From a virus, in the IMG/VR virus record IMGVR_UViG_3300033072_000750: a DNA stretch of 64,000 nt. One strand, written 5' to 3'. Made by a program: the position numbers and the translations under genes. Of the stretch, positions 48,003 to 58,934 are shown one piece after another (the stretch's first letter is position 1; every line of letters begins with the position of its first letter). Under the pieces are notes generated by a model that was given only the letters and a program-made list of their open reading frames with translations, made no database searches and was not told where the DNA came from.

Positions 48003-50030
48003 ATGTTTAAAAAAGGACAAGATATTAACCCAAAAGAACTTGAAACTTTAATACACACAAAGTTTAAAGATCTAATTTCGCTTATTAGTAAGTATATTCC
48101 TCTAGGATTTAATGAAACATTTAGTATTACTGGATACAAGACATTTTTAACACGACCTAAAGTAACAAACCCTACCTATTCCACTGTCTCCAAGGGGGAT
48201 ACAATACAGCCTGCGATAGGAGCTGCGTTTTTAGGTACTCCTTACACTTTAGAGCTTGGTCAAAATTTAGGCTTGGCAAATTACCAAACATTTAACTTTG
48301 GATCGAAGGATGAACCATTTTTTAGGGCAAATAATAACTTTTTGTATAACCCTAATTCGGATTTAGTAGGTGGAGTACCAATTAAAGGTAATTCCCCCCT
48401 TTTGTTTAATGGATTTGTGGGTTTTAACAACTTTTTTGAAGATTCTAATATTAGAACATATTCAAATGAAGACGGAACAGAATTAACTATTAAAGCTAAA
48501 CGTATTAGTTTAATGATACGTCCTCAAAATTTAAACGATTTTACTGTTACTAATGATTCTATTAAGAACTATACAGATCGCTTCAATATGGAGCTTAAAA
48601 GCTTTAACGATATCAATATTACAATGAACGTTAATACACCATTTGCCCCAACAGTATCAAATGGTTATTATCCTGCTAATACTACTGGAGATCAAGCTAT
48701 TTGGTTAGTTTTTGACCCTTCTAAGTCATCCGTAGAAGCAATAAGAGTTCCGTGGAATTTTGACTATGTGAAAGTATTAGGAGTTATCAATAACCCTTAT
48801 AATCAAGGCGGAAATTCATTTTTAGCTGATTATCCTTCATATAAGTATGTTAGATGCGTAGCTTGTGTACACGTTAATGACTATAGTAACACGTTTGATG
48901 TGTCTAGAACATTAGCTTGGGGTGAAACTGCTACTGGTTCTAATGGAAATTATGGATATACTGAACTTTACCAACAAGACAGTTCGCCAGATACAACTAT
49001 CAGATTAACCACTCAAACAAACGATAGAAGAATTAAACCAGCTTTCTATTATTTAGATCAGAAGAATGATGTATTAATTAATAAGACTTTTTATAATGGA
49101 ATAACCAGAAACCTTCCTGGTGCTGGTGCTAGTAAAGTATTTGTGCAATGGAAGCAAGAAGATGGGTTTGCTAGAGATTTGTCAATAAAAGTAGGCTCTT
49201 GTGAATTAACTAACGGAACACAATCTATTTGGCTGAAAGACATTTCTTTCCCAAGTTTAAGGCTAGAAACTACTGCTAATTTAGAGTATGACGGTGGTGG
49301 AGCTTCTTTCCCTTCAAGCAATACTGGATTTTATATATGGCTAACTGCTAACCCTAAATCAATACTAGACACTAGTGTTTATGCGGGGAACAATAATTTA
49401 AGAATAAAGCTAGTTGCTTCTCAATCAGCAACATGGGATGCTTCTAATGGAAATTCTGGTGTTTCTCCTATTTGGAAACTACCAAATGCTCAATACGCTT
49501 ATCGTGCTAGAATCGCATGGGTTCCCGATTTAGGTAATAACTGGGGATATACTATGATAAATGGCAAGTATACTTTTAATCAATTCCCTACTTACATTAG
49601 TTGGAATCAAAATGGTGATGTAATTGGTACTGGAAATACAACTGGTGGCACGTATACTGCTCTTAATTTAACGAATGTAAATATTCCTCGTTGTAGTATA
49701 GGTGGAACAAGATTTGAAGCTTCTCAATTAGGTGTAAGATTAGTAATAGATGATACTACTGCTAATACTACTTCAGAATATGTAGCATTAACCACTACAA
49801 CATTAAATAGCGTAGCTTCTTTTGGAACACTGGGTAAACCATCAAGCTTTTTAAATGAAAGACAAATGAAGATAACTAAAACTTCAGGTACTTCTATTAA
49901 ATACTCTAACTTTAACGACACTATCCTCCCAATAATGCCAACTGATACTGTGTATTATGCTGGCACTAATTTACAAGGAACCTCTGGTGCTTACGTGAAT
50001 AGTTTTTACTTACCGATCGGAAGCTTCTAG
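48003..50030 (+). CDS. tail/structural protein
   Basis: SITGYKTF motif; two domains ending YKYVRCVACV and YAYRARIAWV, paralogous to neighbours. Confidence 0.55.
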   Translation: MFKKGQDINPKELETLIHTKFKDLISLISKYIPLGFNETFSITGYKTFLTRPKVTNPTYSTVSKGDTIQPAIGAAFLGTPYTLELGQNLGLANYQTFNFGSKDEPFFRANNNFLYNPNSDLVGGVPIKGNSPLLFNGFVGFNNFFEDSNIRTYSNEDGTELTIKAKRISLMIRPQNLNDFTVTNDSIKNYTDRFNMELKSFNDINITMNVNTPFAPTVSNGYYPANTTGDQAIWLVFDPSKSSVEAIRVPWNFDYVKVLGVINNPYNQGGNSFLADYPSYKYVRCVACVHVNDYSNTFDVSRTLAWGETATGSNGNYGYTELYQQDSSPDTTIRLTTQTNDRRIKPAFYYLDQKNDVLINKTFYNGITRNLPGAGASKVFVQWKQEDGFARDLSIKVGSCELTNGTQSIWLKDISFPSLRLETTANLEYDGGGASFPSSNTGFYIWLTANPKSILDTSVYAGNNNLRIKLVASQSATWDASNGNSGVSPIWKLPNAQYAYRARIAWVPDLGNNWGYTMINGKYTFNQFPTYISWNQNGDVIGTGNTTGGTYTALNLTNVNIPRCSIGGTRFEASQLGVRLVIDDTTANTTSEYVALTTTTLNSVASFGTLGKPSSFLNERQMKITKTSGTSIKYSNFNDTILPIMPTDTVYYAGTNLQGTSGAYVNSFYLPIGSF

Positions 50031-51340
50031 AAGTCATCCCTAAAGTTATCAATAAAGTCCATATCATCATCAGATAAATCTCCAACAATATTGGCATATT
50101 CATCTTCGTCTTCGTCTCTTTCTAAATCTTCTTCGTTTTCTTCGGGATCTTCTATTACATCTTCAGACCATAGGTTATGATTATTAGTTTCAAATGATTT
50201 AAATACTGTAGAATCTTCTGATTTGTCCTTGTATTCTCCAAGTATTGATATTAGGCGAGGTTTTAATAATGCCCTCATCATTTCATGTGATTCTTTGAAT
50301 ATCTTGCTGTTTTTAAGCGTATGACCATTATCAACATATTTGACTATTTTTCTAGTTGAATGGTAAGCAATACGTTTAGCTTTTAATACTTTGTTGTATT
50401 CAGGAAATTGCTCAAAGAAGATATACATTGAAGGAGTAAAGAGCTTCTTTCTTCCATAATCATCGACTACTATTGAAGGTATCTCATAAAAACACTTTAA
50501 AAATTCACGATGTTTCTTGGGCATTAGCTTTGAATTAAGAATGTTGAAGACTTCATCATATATCTTTTTCTTCATTAACTCAGCAGGCTCTTTGCCGCTA
50601 ACTTGCTTATCTAGTGAATGTTTTACTTCCACTTTCTCTGTTAAAGTTGTGTATGACCTTAATCTACCTAAACTATATGCATATCTATAGATAGACATAG
50701 TCTCATCGTCAAAACCTTCGCTTTTAAGCTGTTGGCACATTTCAAAGGTCATTATACCACTATCTAATTCATCTTTAACTCTTTCCCTTAGTCTTTGAAG
50801 CTCGGTATTTTTCTTCTTTTGTTGGTAGATTTCCGAATAACTAATCCCTCCACGGTAATGTTTACCTAGCACCTTGTAAAGCATCTGCTTAAAGCCTCTA
50901 AAGATGTAGCTTACTATTTTTCCTTCATTTCCTTCTAGTTGAAGATAAATAAACGAACCGTCTGGTTGTTTCATGGGGACTTTATCCCAACTAATTTTGT
51001 GCTTGTAACCCTTTTCTTCTCCCATTCCGTCTAACTTGACTGTTATCATTTCAAGGATAATATCATTAATTAGCTCTTGGTAGTCTTTATGGTTGTTGCG
51101 TATATTGAAGACATCTATAGAGTTATTACAGATGTGTTTTAAGTGGCTGTATTGAGGTTTGCTTATTAACCCTGTAAGCCATAATCCTAATAAAGTATAA
51201 AGCTCATTTGTGGCACGTCCATGTACTAAAAGCTCTTTTAATATGTGTAACGATTCTTTATTAGTGTATTTTTTAACGATTTTTGCTGGTGGTCGTTTTG
51301 TTTTTGCTTCTTGGTGCTTTAATATTGGTGGAAAATACAT
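50027..51340 (-). CDS. hypothetical protein with acidic tail, possibly a divergent sigma-like factor
   Basis: YQELINDIILEM...IVSYIFRGFKQML loosely sigma region 2-like; extended -10 at 51370-51380. Confidence 0.35.
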   Translation of the reverse strand: MYFPPILKHQEAKTKRPPAKIVKKYTNKESLHILKELLVHGRATNELYTLLGLWLTGLISKPQYSHLKHICNNSIDVFNIRNNHKDYQELINDIILEMITVKLDGMGEEKGYKHKISWDKVPMKQPDGSFIYLQLEGNEGKIVSYIFRGFKQMLYKVLGKHYRGGISYSEIYQQKKKNTELQRLRERVKDELDSGIMTFEMCQQLKSEGFDDETMSIYRYAYSLGRLRSYTTLTEKVEVKHSLDKQVSGKEPAELMKKKIYDEVFNILNSKLMPKKHREFLKCFYEIPSIVVDDYGRKKLFTPSMYIFFEQFPEYNKVLKAKRIAYHSTRKIVKYVDNGHTLKNSKIFKESHEMMRALLKPRLISILGEYKDKSEDSTVFKSFETNNHNLWSEDVIEDPEENEEDLERDEDEDEYANIVGDLSDDDMDFIDNFRDDF

Positions 51341-51443
51341 TGAGTATAGATATATGTAAATGTAATAGCATTATACCATAGTTTTATGATAAAATAATAA
51401 AAAATTATCAGTTTTATAATTTGCCTGTAGACACACGATTAAC

Positions 51444-54400
51444 ATGAACGCAGGAATTGATTTAGCTTCCCTTTTCAAAAAAGCACCACAAAAAGCAGAA
51501 CAATTAAAAGCTTTGGAGCAAACTAAGGCTTTAGAACAATTACCAAAAGAGCAAAATACGCTAGACAGAGTATCTGGTGGGCTGAAAACGGTAGCTGGGT
51601 TAGGTGGAGTCTTTGGATTATTGCAGAATTTTGGATACGAAGGAATTAAGAATGCAGCAGGGGCAGGGATAAAACCAGCAGTTGATTTGTATGATACTCT
51701 AGATAGAGTGGCTGGTGTTGTTGGAAAGAAGCCAGCAAATCCTACAGAATTTGATAAACAAGAAGCAGAAAGAGAAAAAAGATGGCAAGAAGTATCAAAT
51801 GCTTATTTAGCCAGAGAAGCATCAGATAAAGCCACAAAAGAATTGCACCAGCAAGGCTTTGAGCTACCAACATGGACTGGAAATTTACAACAGAATTTGG
51901 TAAGGACACCAATGTTTTTAGCTAAAATGCCAGTCCATGCAGCTTATCTTATGAATGAGGCTGATAAGTTTACGAATACATTAGTAGACGAGATTGGTAA
52001 TAAAATAACTGGAAATACCGATCCCAGTAAAAACGTAGCAACTTACGGGAAGCCTTTTGCAGATGTACACCAAAAAGCAATAGATACAGCATATAAGAAT
52101 GCAGATACTGCGGATTATTGGGGTCAAAATCAATTATTTAACAAAATCGGTGGAGTTGGACAAGAAAGGTTAGATAAGATGGGATCGATAGCAAACTACC
52201 TATCCCCAGAAGTAAAACAAGACATATTGCAAGGTAACGTTCCAACAACGTATAGTTTAGAAGATGAATACAGGAAAGCTAATCAACAATATGGTTTAGA
52301 GCAAGGTGCAAGACCATTTATGCAACAACAAGTGGAACAAGGTAAATTATTGCCAGAAGTAATACCAGCAATTGAAAAAGGACTATCTGGTGGGCATGAA
52401 ATGCAAAAGTTCGCTGTTGATATGTTAGCAGATCCTTTAATGCTTGCAAGCGATATTGCTAAAGGTGGACAATTTCTCACCAAAGAAGTTGGAAAACTGC
52501 TTACTAATAAAGGTGAAATGAAAGCTGCAGAAGCAATGAAAGATATTGCGCAGAATTTACCAGCTAAGGGATTATCACAAACCCCAATTCCCGAAAATGT
52601 TATTCCGCAAAGCGTTACTCCCCAGAATGTTACTCCACAAATCCCTCAAACCCAATTACCTCAAAACCCTAAACTTAAAGCATTAAGGCAAGAATTGCAA
52701 AACTTGCAGAGACAAAATAAACAATTTGATGCTGGTCAAATCCCCCCAGAATTACAACCAATGATTGATAAGCTGGCACAAAGTGAAACTAGATTGCCAC
52801 AGAAACGATTAGAAGCACCAACACAACAACCTATCTCAGAAGTACCAAACGAATTACAGCAAGCCATCCCATTACCACCAGCAAGTAATGTTGCTCAAAA
52901 CCCAGAATTACAAGATAAGGTAAAACAGTTACTACAAAAGAAAGGTGCTATTCCAGGCGAAACCATTCCCAGTGAAGCCGTTTCCACTAATATGCCAGTA
53001 GAGCAACCGAGTAAGATAGAGGATATTTTCGACGAGGCTTTAAGGCAACACTTGGGGGAACCACCCAAAGCAGTAGAAGCTTCACGGATTAGTGAAACCC
53101 CGAAGGTAAGCGAAGCTCCGCAAGTTCAAGCTCCGCAGATTAACGAAACTCCTAAAGTTCAAGAACAATTGCCAATAGTTCCAGAGCTTGGTAAATCTTT
53201 GGAGGGTGCTAATATTAAAGAACTCCCAAGGCAATATACCCCAGAAGAACTTCAAGATTACAACCATAGGGGCAATGCTTTGATGCAAGATATGGGGGAT
53301 GAGTATGGAAATAGAGTAGGTGATTTAGGGGAAGATGCTAATATTATTAGAAATGCGAATTTGCCAAATATTCAAGAGGTAAAAACTGATAAGCCTCCAT
53401 ATACTAAATTGGTGGCAGGTATTGGACCAGCAAAACCTAGAGATATTCAATTCCCAAGTGCTTTTCATAAATATATGTTTGAGTTAGGAACGCCATATCA
53501 AGAAGCAACAGCAAAAGCAGCAGGTAAAAGCTGGGAAGATTATAAGAAAATTTCTGCAAACATGAAGTCCACATTGTTTGAGCCATTAGCCGAATTATGG
53601 TACGGGAAATCTGATCCAGAAACAGTTAAAAAATTAATTGATTCTGCTAGTCATTACCATAATAGTGTAAATAAAGCTCTTAGGGGCACTAAAGATAAAT
53701 TTGTTGATTTAAATGTGAACCGAGTAGAATCTTCTGGCGAAAAAAAACTCAGAGATCTATTAGATGATATCCATAATACTAGATCTAATGGAGAAGACCT
53801 AAAAAAAAATCAAATAACTCGTGAATCTAAAGGTGCTGTTTTAGAAAGACCGCAAGTAACACAACCTAATACTTCTGAACCACAACAATTTTTCAGTGAC
53901 CTAGAATCCCCAGAAGCTAAACAAGCACTTGGAGAATTGCAATTTGATTATCAAAAACAATTACAAAAATTGAAAAACCAAGGCTACTCACCTCAAGATG
54001 CTGATGCTTTAATACATTCTCAAAGAATAATGCGTGAGATACCTGGTTCTTCTGGAAAAGCAGCAATACCAGGAAGAGCGGTTGTTGGAAGCGAAGGTGG
54101 GGGTATTTTGCCAGTACACGAGAAGGGGCATTTAGCATTTGACGAAGTATTAAGAAGCATGGCGTCATCTATGGGTAAGCATCCAAATGATGTTTATGAG
54201 GACTTAAATAAACAATTACTTTCTAAATTATCTAGGGACGAACTAGAGGAACTTGGTAATAAGTACGCCGATCTTGGTTATAACAAACAAGATATCCTAC
54301 ATGAGTTAGTAGCGGGAGTAGAAGAAGCAAAAGCAGCACACAAAAACCCAAGATTAAGGAATCAACTAAGCGGAGAAATCTCTAATGATATGTACAACGT

Positions 54401-55229
54401 GTTGGGGCAAGATAGATACAAGGGAACTAGAGAGCACGATCTTCTGAAAACTCTATCGACTGAAGTTGATAAGTATTTAGCAGATATAAACCCATATACT
54501 AAAGTTCTTAAAGAAGCGGGATCGACAGAAAATATGAATAAGGTATTGGAAGATCTTTATGGAAGGAAATTGCCAAAAGAAACACAGCCTTATTTTGAAG
54601 GTGGCTTAAGAGATATAAGCCAAGAACGTAAAAGACCGTCTCCTTTTTATGAATCTAACCAACCAGTAGAAAACCTAATAGCAGAAGGACTAACCCCTAA
54701 GATGCAAAACAAGGTTGATTTTTTAGAAGGAATTTTGCATAAAGGAGAAAACACACCAAGTATTTTTGATAGCATCGCTAATGTTCACGGAGATAATCCC
54801 AAGATGCTTAATAACCAAACAATGTATGAAGGAATTAGCAATATTCTTCAACCAGATCATCCCGTTAATAGAGAATCAATATTGGAAGGATTAATGTCGG
54901 GAAGATTAAACCCTGAAACTTCCGTATTACCAGATATTGCAGGAAAATATAATGCGTTGTATGAACATCCAAGCAATCCTTATTATGGAGATATTGAAAA
55001 AATAATAAGAGGAAATAACCCAGATTTAAGATTATCAGAATTTAATACCCCAGAAGCAGAACAATCTTTACTAGATAGATTGTCATTATTAGAGCAGCCC
55101 AACGAAGGAATGATGACCGAATCAGGTATTAGTAGGGGGAATGTTAGTGATTTAGAACGCATTTTGGAAGCAATATTTAAGCAGAAGCGAGGATTGCCAC
55201 CCAAGAAGTATAGGGATCTTGAGTTTTAA
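51444..55229 (+). CDS. large protein with P/Q-rich linker and HExxH motif, putative injected protein
   Basis: VHEKGH at 54114-54131 and downstream LHELVA. Confidence 0.5.
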   Translation: MNAGIDLASLFKKAPQKAEQLKALEQTKALEQLPKEQNTLDRVSGGLKTVAGLGGVFGLLQNFGYEGIKNAAGAGIKPAVDLYDTLDRVAGVVGKKPANPTEFDKQEAEREKRWQEVSNAYLAREASDKATKELHQQGFELPTWTGNLQQNLVRTPMFLAKMPVHAAYLMNEADKFTNTLVDEIGNKITGNTDPSKNVATYGKPFADVHQKAIDTAYKNADTADYWGQNQLFNKIGGVGQERLDKMGSIANYLSPEVKQDILQGNVPTTYSLEDEYRKANQQYGLEQGARPFMQQQVEQGKLLPEVIPAIEKGLSGGHEMQKFAVDMLADPLMLASDIAKGGQFLTKEVGKLLTNKGEMKAAEAMKDIAQNLPAKGLSQTPIPENVIPQSVTPQNVTPQIPQTQLPQNPKLKALRQELQNLQRQNKQFDAGQIPPELQPMIDKLAQSETRLPQKRLEAPTQQPISEVPNELQQAIPLPPASNVAQNPELQDKVKQLLQKKGAIPGETIPSEAVSTNMPVEQPSKIEDIFDEALRQHLGEPPKAVEASRISETPKVSEAPQVQAPQINETPKVQEQLPIVPELGKSLEGANIKELPRQYTPEELQDYNHRGNALMQDMGDEYGNRVGDLGEDANIIRNANLPNIQEVKTDKPPYTKLVAGIGPAKPRDIQFPSAFHKYMFELGTPYQEATAKAAGKSWEDYKKISANMKSTLFEPLAELWYGKSDPETVKKLIDSASHYHNSVNKALRGTKDKFVDLNVNRVESSGEKKLRDLLDDIHNTRSNGEDLKKNQITRESKGAVLERPQVTQPNTSEPQQFFSDLESPEAKQALGELQFDYQKQLQKLKNQGYSPQDADALIHSQRIMREIPGSSGKAAIPGRAVVGSEGGGILPVHEKGHLAFDEVLRSMASSMGKHPNDVYEDLNKQLLSKLSRDELEELGNKYADLGYNKQDILHELVAGVEEAKAAHKNPRLRNQLSGEISNDMYNVLGQDRYKGTREHDLLKTLSTEVDKYLADINPYTKVLKEAGSTENMNKVLEDLYGRKLPKETQPYFEGGLRDISQERKRPSPFYESNQPVENLIAEGLTPKMQNKVDFLEGILHKGENTPSIFDSIANVHGDNPKMLNNQTMYEGISNILQPDHPVNRESILEGLMSGRLNPETSVLPDIAGKYNALYEHPSNPYYGDIEKIIRGNNPDLRLSEFNTPEAEQSLLDRLSLLEQPNEGMMTESGISRGNVSDLERILEAIFKQKRGLPPKKYRDLEF

Positions 55230-55283
55230 GCCTCTTTATAATTAAATCGCAAAAACACTTATAACAAAGAGAAACAATAAATA

Positions 55284-55784
55284 ATGTTTGAATCTTCAAT
55301 TAGAAATGGAACCGTAACGATAAGTGGTAGCGTAGATTTATCTAAAACTGTTGTATATGGCGGTACTGCTGCCAGCGGAACAGGTTTAGATCTATACACC
55401 AACTTATTCGCATCTGAGTTTCCAGGAGTATCAGGGTTAGTAGTAAGATCAGCAGGACTTAAAGTAAACAGAGGTCTTTCTGGTTCAAATCAATCCTTCA
55501 GACTTTTCCTTAACAAAGAAGGCGGAGTTAATGTAAATATAGGCAGTACGACCCCAGTGGTAACAATATCGGGTGGTACATGCGACGCAAGTAGCTACGA
55601 CTTACAAGTTGCTGCTACAGACGACACTAATATGCACCTCTTGTTTGGTGGAACAACTCCAACCAAATTAGGTTTGCGTTTAGCAACAAGTATTGCTACA
55701 TCTAGTACATCAACGGATTCTGGTGTAATAGATTATGTGGTTGCTTTAGAAGCAATTTATGGTAGTCCATTAGGAAATGTTTAA
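55284..55784 (+). CDS. small beta-rich virion protein
   Basis: S/T/G-rich composition. Confidence 0.55.
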   Translation: MFESSIRNGTVTISGSVDLSKTVVYGGTAASGTGLDLYTNLFASEFPGVSGLVVRSAGLKVNRGLSGSNQSFRLFLNKEGGVNVNIGSTTPVVTISGGTCDASSYDLQVAATDDTNMHLLFGGTTPTKLGLRLATSIATSSTSTDSGVIDYVVALEAIYGSPLGNV

Positions 55785-55812
55785 TAAAAATTCATAGGAG
55801 AAAAATAAAACA

Positions 55813-56460
55813 ATGACATCGACATCTTATATCCCTTTTACGCACCACGTAGTACCACTAGAAGACGTAGTAAAGTTTTCTACAACCAGTACTGCTGTTG
55901 GAGCGATAACTGCTGGATCGTCCTTAAAAGTAGACTTAAGGAGATTTAATAGCTGTAGATTGAAAGGCGTAGAATTACAACTTCAATCTTTTAAAGCTGA
56001 CTTTGCTGCAACTGGTACAGCAGCACAATACGGAGTAAACCTTTACGTAATTGGTAGAACTCCAGACAACGAAGCACTTTTCAATAAAGCATACACTGTT
56101 CCTGTTTACACTAACGGTACGACCGAAATTAGTAAATCGGCAGCAGCTTCTGCTTTTATACCATTCTCTCCTGGCGACATAACCGTTGCTGGCACAGATT
56201 ACCAATGGTGTGGAAAGCGTTTGGCAGAATTGCAAGTTGGACTTGAAGTAACTGGTGGAACAACTGGTGGTGGATTTACCCTCGAAGGTGAACTTGCTAC
56301 TTTAGTTGATTTCCGTGGCGTAGAATTGCCATTGACTTCCAGTAGCTACGACTCATTTGCTAAGAACGGTACTTCCGTATCCTTTGTTCCTTCTGAAGGT
56401 GGATACCAAGTATATCTTCCTGCAACAGCAAATGCTAGCGCAGTTTACGCAACTACCTAA
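55813..56460 (+). CDS. beta-rich virion protein (possible decoration protein)
   Basis: AGGAG RBS, T/A/G-rich, followed by a terminator. Confidence 0.55.
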   Translation: MTSTSYIPFTHHVVPLEDVVKFSTTSTAVGAITAGSSLKVDLRRFNSCRLKGVELQLQSFKADFAATGTAAQYGVNLYVIGRTPDNEALFNKAYTVPVYTNGTTEISKSAAASAFIPFSPGDITVAGTDYQWCGKRLAELQVGLEVTGGTTGGGFTLEGELATLVDFRGVELPLTSSSYDSFAKNGTSVSFVPSEGGYQVYLPATANASAVYATT

Positions 56461-56479
56461 TAGTTAAACACAATAAATA

Positions 56480-56516
56480 GAGGGGTGGGTATTTTGTATC
56501 ACCCCTCGTAATCTTT
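56480..56516 (+). terminator. intrinsic terminator-like hairpin
   Basis: GAGGGGTG...CACCCCTC. Confidence 0.6.
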
Positions 56517-56524
56517 AAACGATA

Positions 56525-56656
56525 ATGAAAAAATCAACAAACAAATTTAAGCTACCAATGGAAAATAAATTCCTTGGAATGAAAGAGCAATTTAAACCAT
56601 TTAAAGCAAAACCACCTAAAAAAGGAACTAGAAATAATGGCAAAAAAGGCAAGTAA
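56525..56656 (+). CDS. 43-aa lysine-rich peptide
   Basis: manually translated MKKSTNKFKLPMENKFLG...GKKGK. Confidence 0.45.
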   Translation: MKKSTNKFKLPMENKFLGMKEQFKPFKAKPPKKGTRNNGKKGK

Positions 56657-56852
56657 AAGCAAAAAAGAAGATAAGTCTCCAAAAGTAGAGATGCATGCTT
56701 TTAAATTTGAAAGACCGAAACCAAAACTTAATGAAGAAAAAATTAAAGCTTTGGAATTAATCTTAAAAGATGAAGGTTTATGTTATCAAATGGGTAACAA
56801 AGATACCCTAGAAGCAATGGTTGACGCCTTTAAGGCAGGGAAGAAAAGTTAA
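56637..56852 (+). CDS. small lysine-rich protein
   Basis: MAKKASKSKK start; coupled. Confidence 0.6.
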   Translation: MAKKASKSKKEDKSPKVEMHAFKFERPKPKLNEEKIKALELILKDEGLCYQMGNKDTLEAMVDAFKAGKKS

Positions 56853-57583
56853 TGGCAGGCGGAGTAACAAGCGTTTCTAATAACCCGTATATATTCTTTA
56901 AGGATATCACTCCTAATAGAATACTATCTAGGGTTAAGTTCGGTGGCGATATACCTTACGATGGTGTAAGCCCTGGTACAATAGTTGCTGATACTAATAA
57001 GTGTCCTGATTTAGCTGGACTAACCGTAGACCAACTAAAGATGCGCGTAGACCATAGAGGAGATTTCTTATTTGCAGAAAATAGGAATATCTATAAAGTC
57101 CACGATGGTACAGCAATAGAAATACCACTATTTAGAACATCTAAAATGTGTATAGTTGGTGTTTATGCTGTAATAACTGAATCATTAACTGGTTCTGGTA
57201 CATTATCCGTTGGAGTTCCTGGCGACGCACAAATTGTTCTTGGGAATCAAACAGTAGCATCGTTAGCAATCCCAAGTGGCGGATCAACAGTAATATGGAT
57301 CCCAGAATTTCCTTATTCATCTGCTGCACCTTACAGGTCTAAAGTTAAGTGTGGTTGGATATACTATTCACCAGACAGACAATTAGCACCTGGTAATACT
57401 GTTTATCTTAAGATTTCTGGCGGAACAGTAACTGCTGGAGATATTACATTTGAGATATTAGGCGTTCCAATGGGATTAGAATCTTACGGAGAAACAGGGG
57501 CTATTATGACCAGTCAACTGTTCAGAAGTGCCAATTTTGGTAAGACGCTAGATCCAATATTCCCTTATTGGGATATGCCCTAA
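56852..57583 (+). CDS. beta-rich virion protein
   Basis: GTLSVG...ISGGTVTAGDI pattern seen in small capsid-associated proteins. Confidence 0.55.
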   Translation: MAGGVTSVSNNPYIFFKDITPNRILSRVKFGGDIPYDGVSPGTIVADTNKCPDLAGLTVDQLKMRVDHRGDFLFAENRNIYKVHDGTAIEIPLFRTSKMCIVGVYAVITESLTGSGTLSVGVPGDAQIVLGNQTVASLAIPSGGSTVIWIPEFPYSSAAPYRSKVKCGWIYYSPDRQLAPGNTVYLKISGGTVTAGDITFEILGVPMGLESYGETGAIMTSQLFRSANFGKTLDPIFPYWDMP

Positions 57584-57595
57584 AGGTAATTAATA

Positions 57596-57748
57596 ATGGC
57601 TAAGAAAAAGAAGGACGATTCTGTCTCTAAATTGAAAGCTAAAATTAAGGCTCACATGGCGGAAGATATGCAAGAATTTAAAAAAGAGTATAACGAAGAT
57701 AAGAAATTTATTAAAAGCCTAAAAACAAATAAAAAGAAAAAGAAATAA
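57596..57748 (+). CDS. 50-aa lysine-rich peptide
   Basis: manually translated MAKKKKDDSVSK...TNKKKKK. Confidence 0.55.
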   Translation: MAKKKKDDSVSKLKAKIKAHMAEDMQEFKKEYNEDKKFIKSLKTNKKKKK

Positions 57749-57771
57749 TAAAGTTAGTTTTAGTACAACAT

Positions 57772-57810
57772 AGCGTAATTACATTAATCTGTAGTTACGC
57801 TTTATTTTTT
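57772..57810. terminator. terminator between converging genes
   Basis: AGCGTAATTACA/TGTAGTTACGCT stem plus T-run. Confidence 0.75.
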
Positions 57811-58558
57811 AATTTAATTCCTTTAATTCTTTATTGTGTTTTTTGAGATAATATCTTTGTAGTTCTTTCTTAAGTTCATCTTGGGTTTTAATAAAGTCCA
57901 TATCAATCAAAGTAGAAAAGAATTTCTCGACATCTTCTAGTTCTTTTAATTCTTTTTCGTTTGCAAAATTTCTAATACCAGTTTCGTGCTTTCCAAAAAC
58001 AATATGATTTAAAGCTTTGGCGACCCCTATATAGTCGGTATTTGGAAACTTGGAAATAGCTTTGGTTAAACCTTTATACATGTTTCCTGCTTCAATACGA
58101 TTTAGTATAAGCCTATCCGTAAGCCACAAAACCACTTTAGCATAAAGCTGTGGGTTGAATTCCATTGCAACTAAAACCCAGATATACGGATCGCACAATA
58201 CAGTACGATTTGCTCCTCTTCCAGTTGTTCTGTATGAATTTAATTCCTTTAGGACTCTAACTATCCCTTTCTGTTCTACCTCTTCCATAAAACCATAGAA
58301 ATCTTGTTTTATGATATCCCGCTCCTTGAGCAAATAATATATTCTCTCCATATTAGCTTTACTATTTAATATTTGACTTGTATCCCCCCTATCGCCCCAA
58401 CCATTTAACACACGTGCTCTAGTGTACGCTTCTTGGAGATCGGAAAGATTCAAAAAGCCAGTTTTAGTTTCTTGCCTAATAGTTACTCCGAATAGGTTTC
58501 TATCTGGGCTATGCAATACGATATTAGTTTTCATGAATTTTATAGTGATTAGTTTCAA
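57809..58558 (-). CDS. KilA-N-like DNA-binding protein
   Basis: IRQETKTGFLNLSDL, TTGRG, PYIWVLVAMEFNPQLYAKV, RIEAG, ALNHIVFG; likely start at MKTN. Confidence 0.78.
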   Translation of the reverse strand: MKLITIKFMKTNIVLHSPDRNLFGVTIRQETKTGFLNLSDLQEAYTRARVLNGWGDRGDTSQILNSKANMERIYYLLKERDIIKQDFYGFMEEVEQKGIVRVLKELNSYRTTGRGANRTVLCDPYIWVLVAMEFNPQLYAKVVLWLTDRLILNRIEAGNMYKGLTKAISKFPNTDYIGVAKALNHIVFGKHETGIRNFANEKELKELEDVEKFFSTLIDMDFIKTQDELKKELQRYYLKKHNKELKELN

Positions 58559-58598
58559 TAACTATTATACCATAAAAATATTAAGAAGATAATTTTAT

Positions 58599-58934
58599 CT
58601 AAAACCCATAATAATTCGTACGATAATAATAACTTGATGGTTGAGCATAGTACCAAGGTTGAGCATACATTGCTGGTGGAGTGTAATATGTAGGTTGTGG
58701 ATAATAAGTAGAACTAGAAAACCCACCTATTAAAGGAATACCATAACTATAACGATGATAGTGTGCTGGTCTTCGATAATACCCTCTGTTGTTATAACCT
58801 CCATAATATTGAGAAGCTAATGCGGTTGCACCCATAGCAGTCCCAATCATTCCCCAAGTAGTACCCGAATCAGTAGCCTTTACGGGAAGCTGGGTAATTA
58901 GTAGTAAGCTAAATAAAAGAAATTGTTTTAACAT
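58599..58934 (-). CDS. secreted Tyr-rich low-complexity protein
   Basis: signal peptide, GAGG RBS, Y/P/G-rich body. Confidence 0.65.
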   Translation of the reverse strand: MLKQFLLFSLLLITQLPVKATDSGTTWGMIGTAMGATALASQYYGGYNNRGYYRRPAHYHRYSYGIPLIGGFSSSTYYPQPTYYTPPAMYAQPWYYAQPSSYYYRTNYYGF

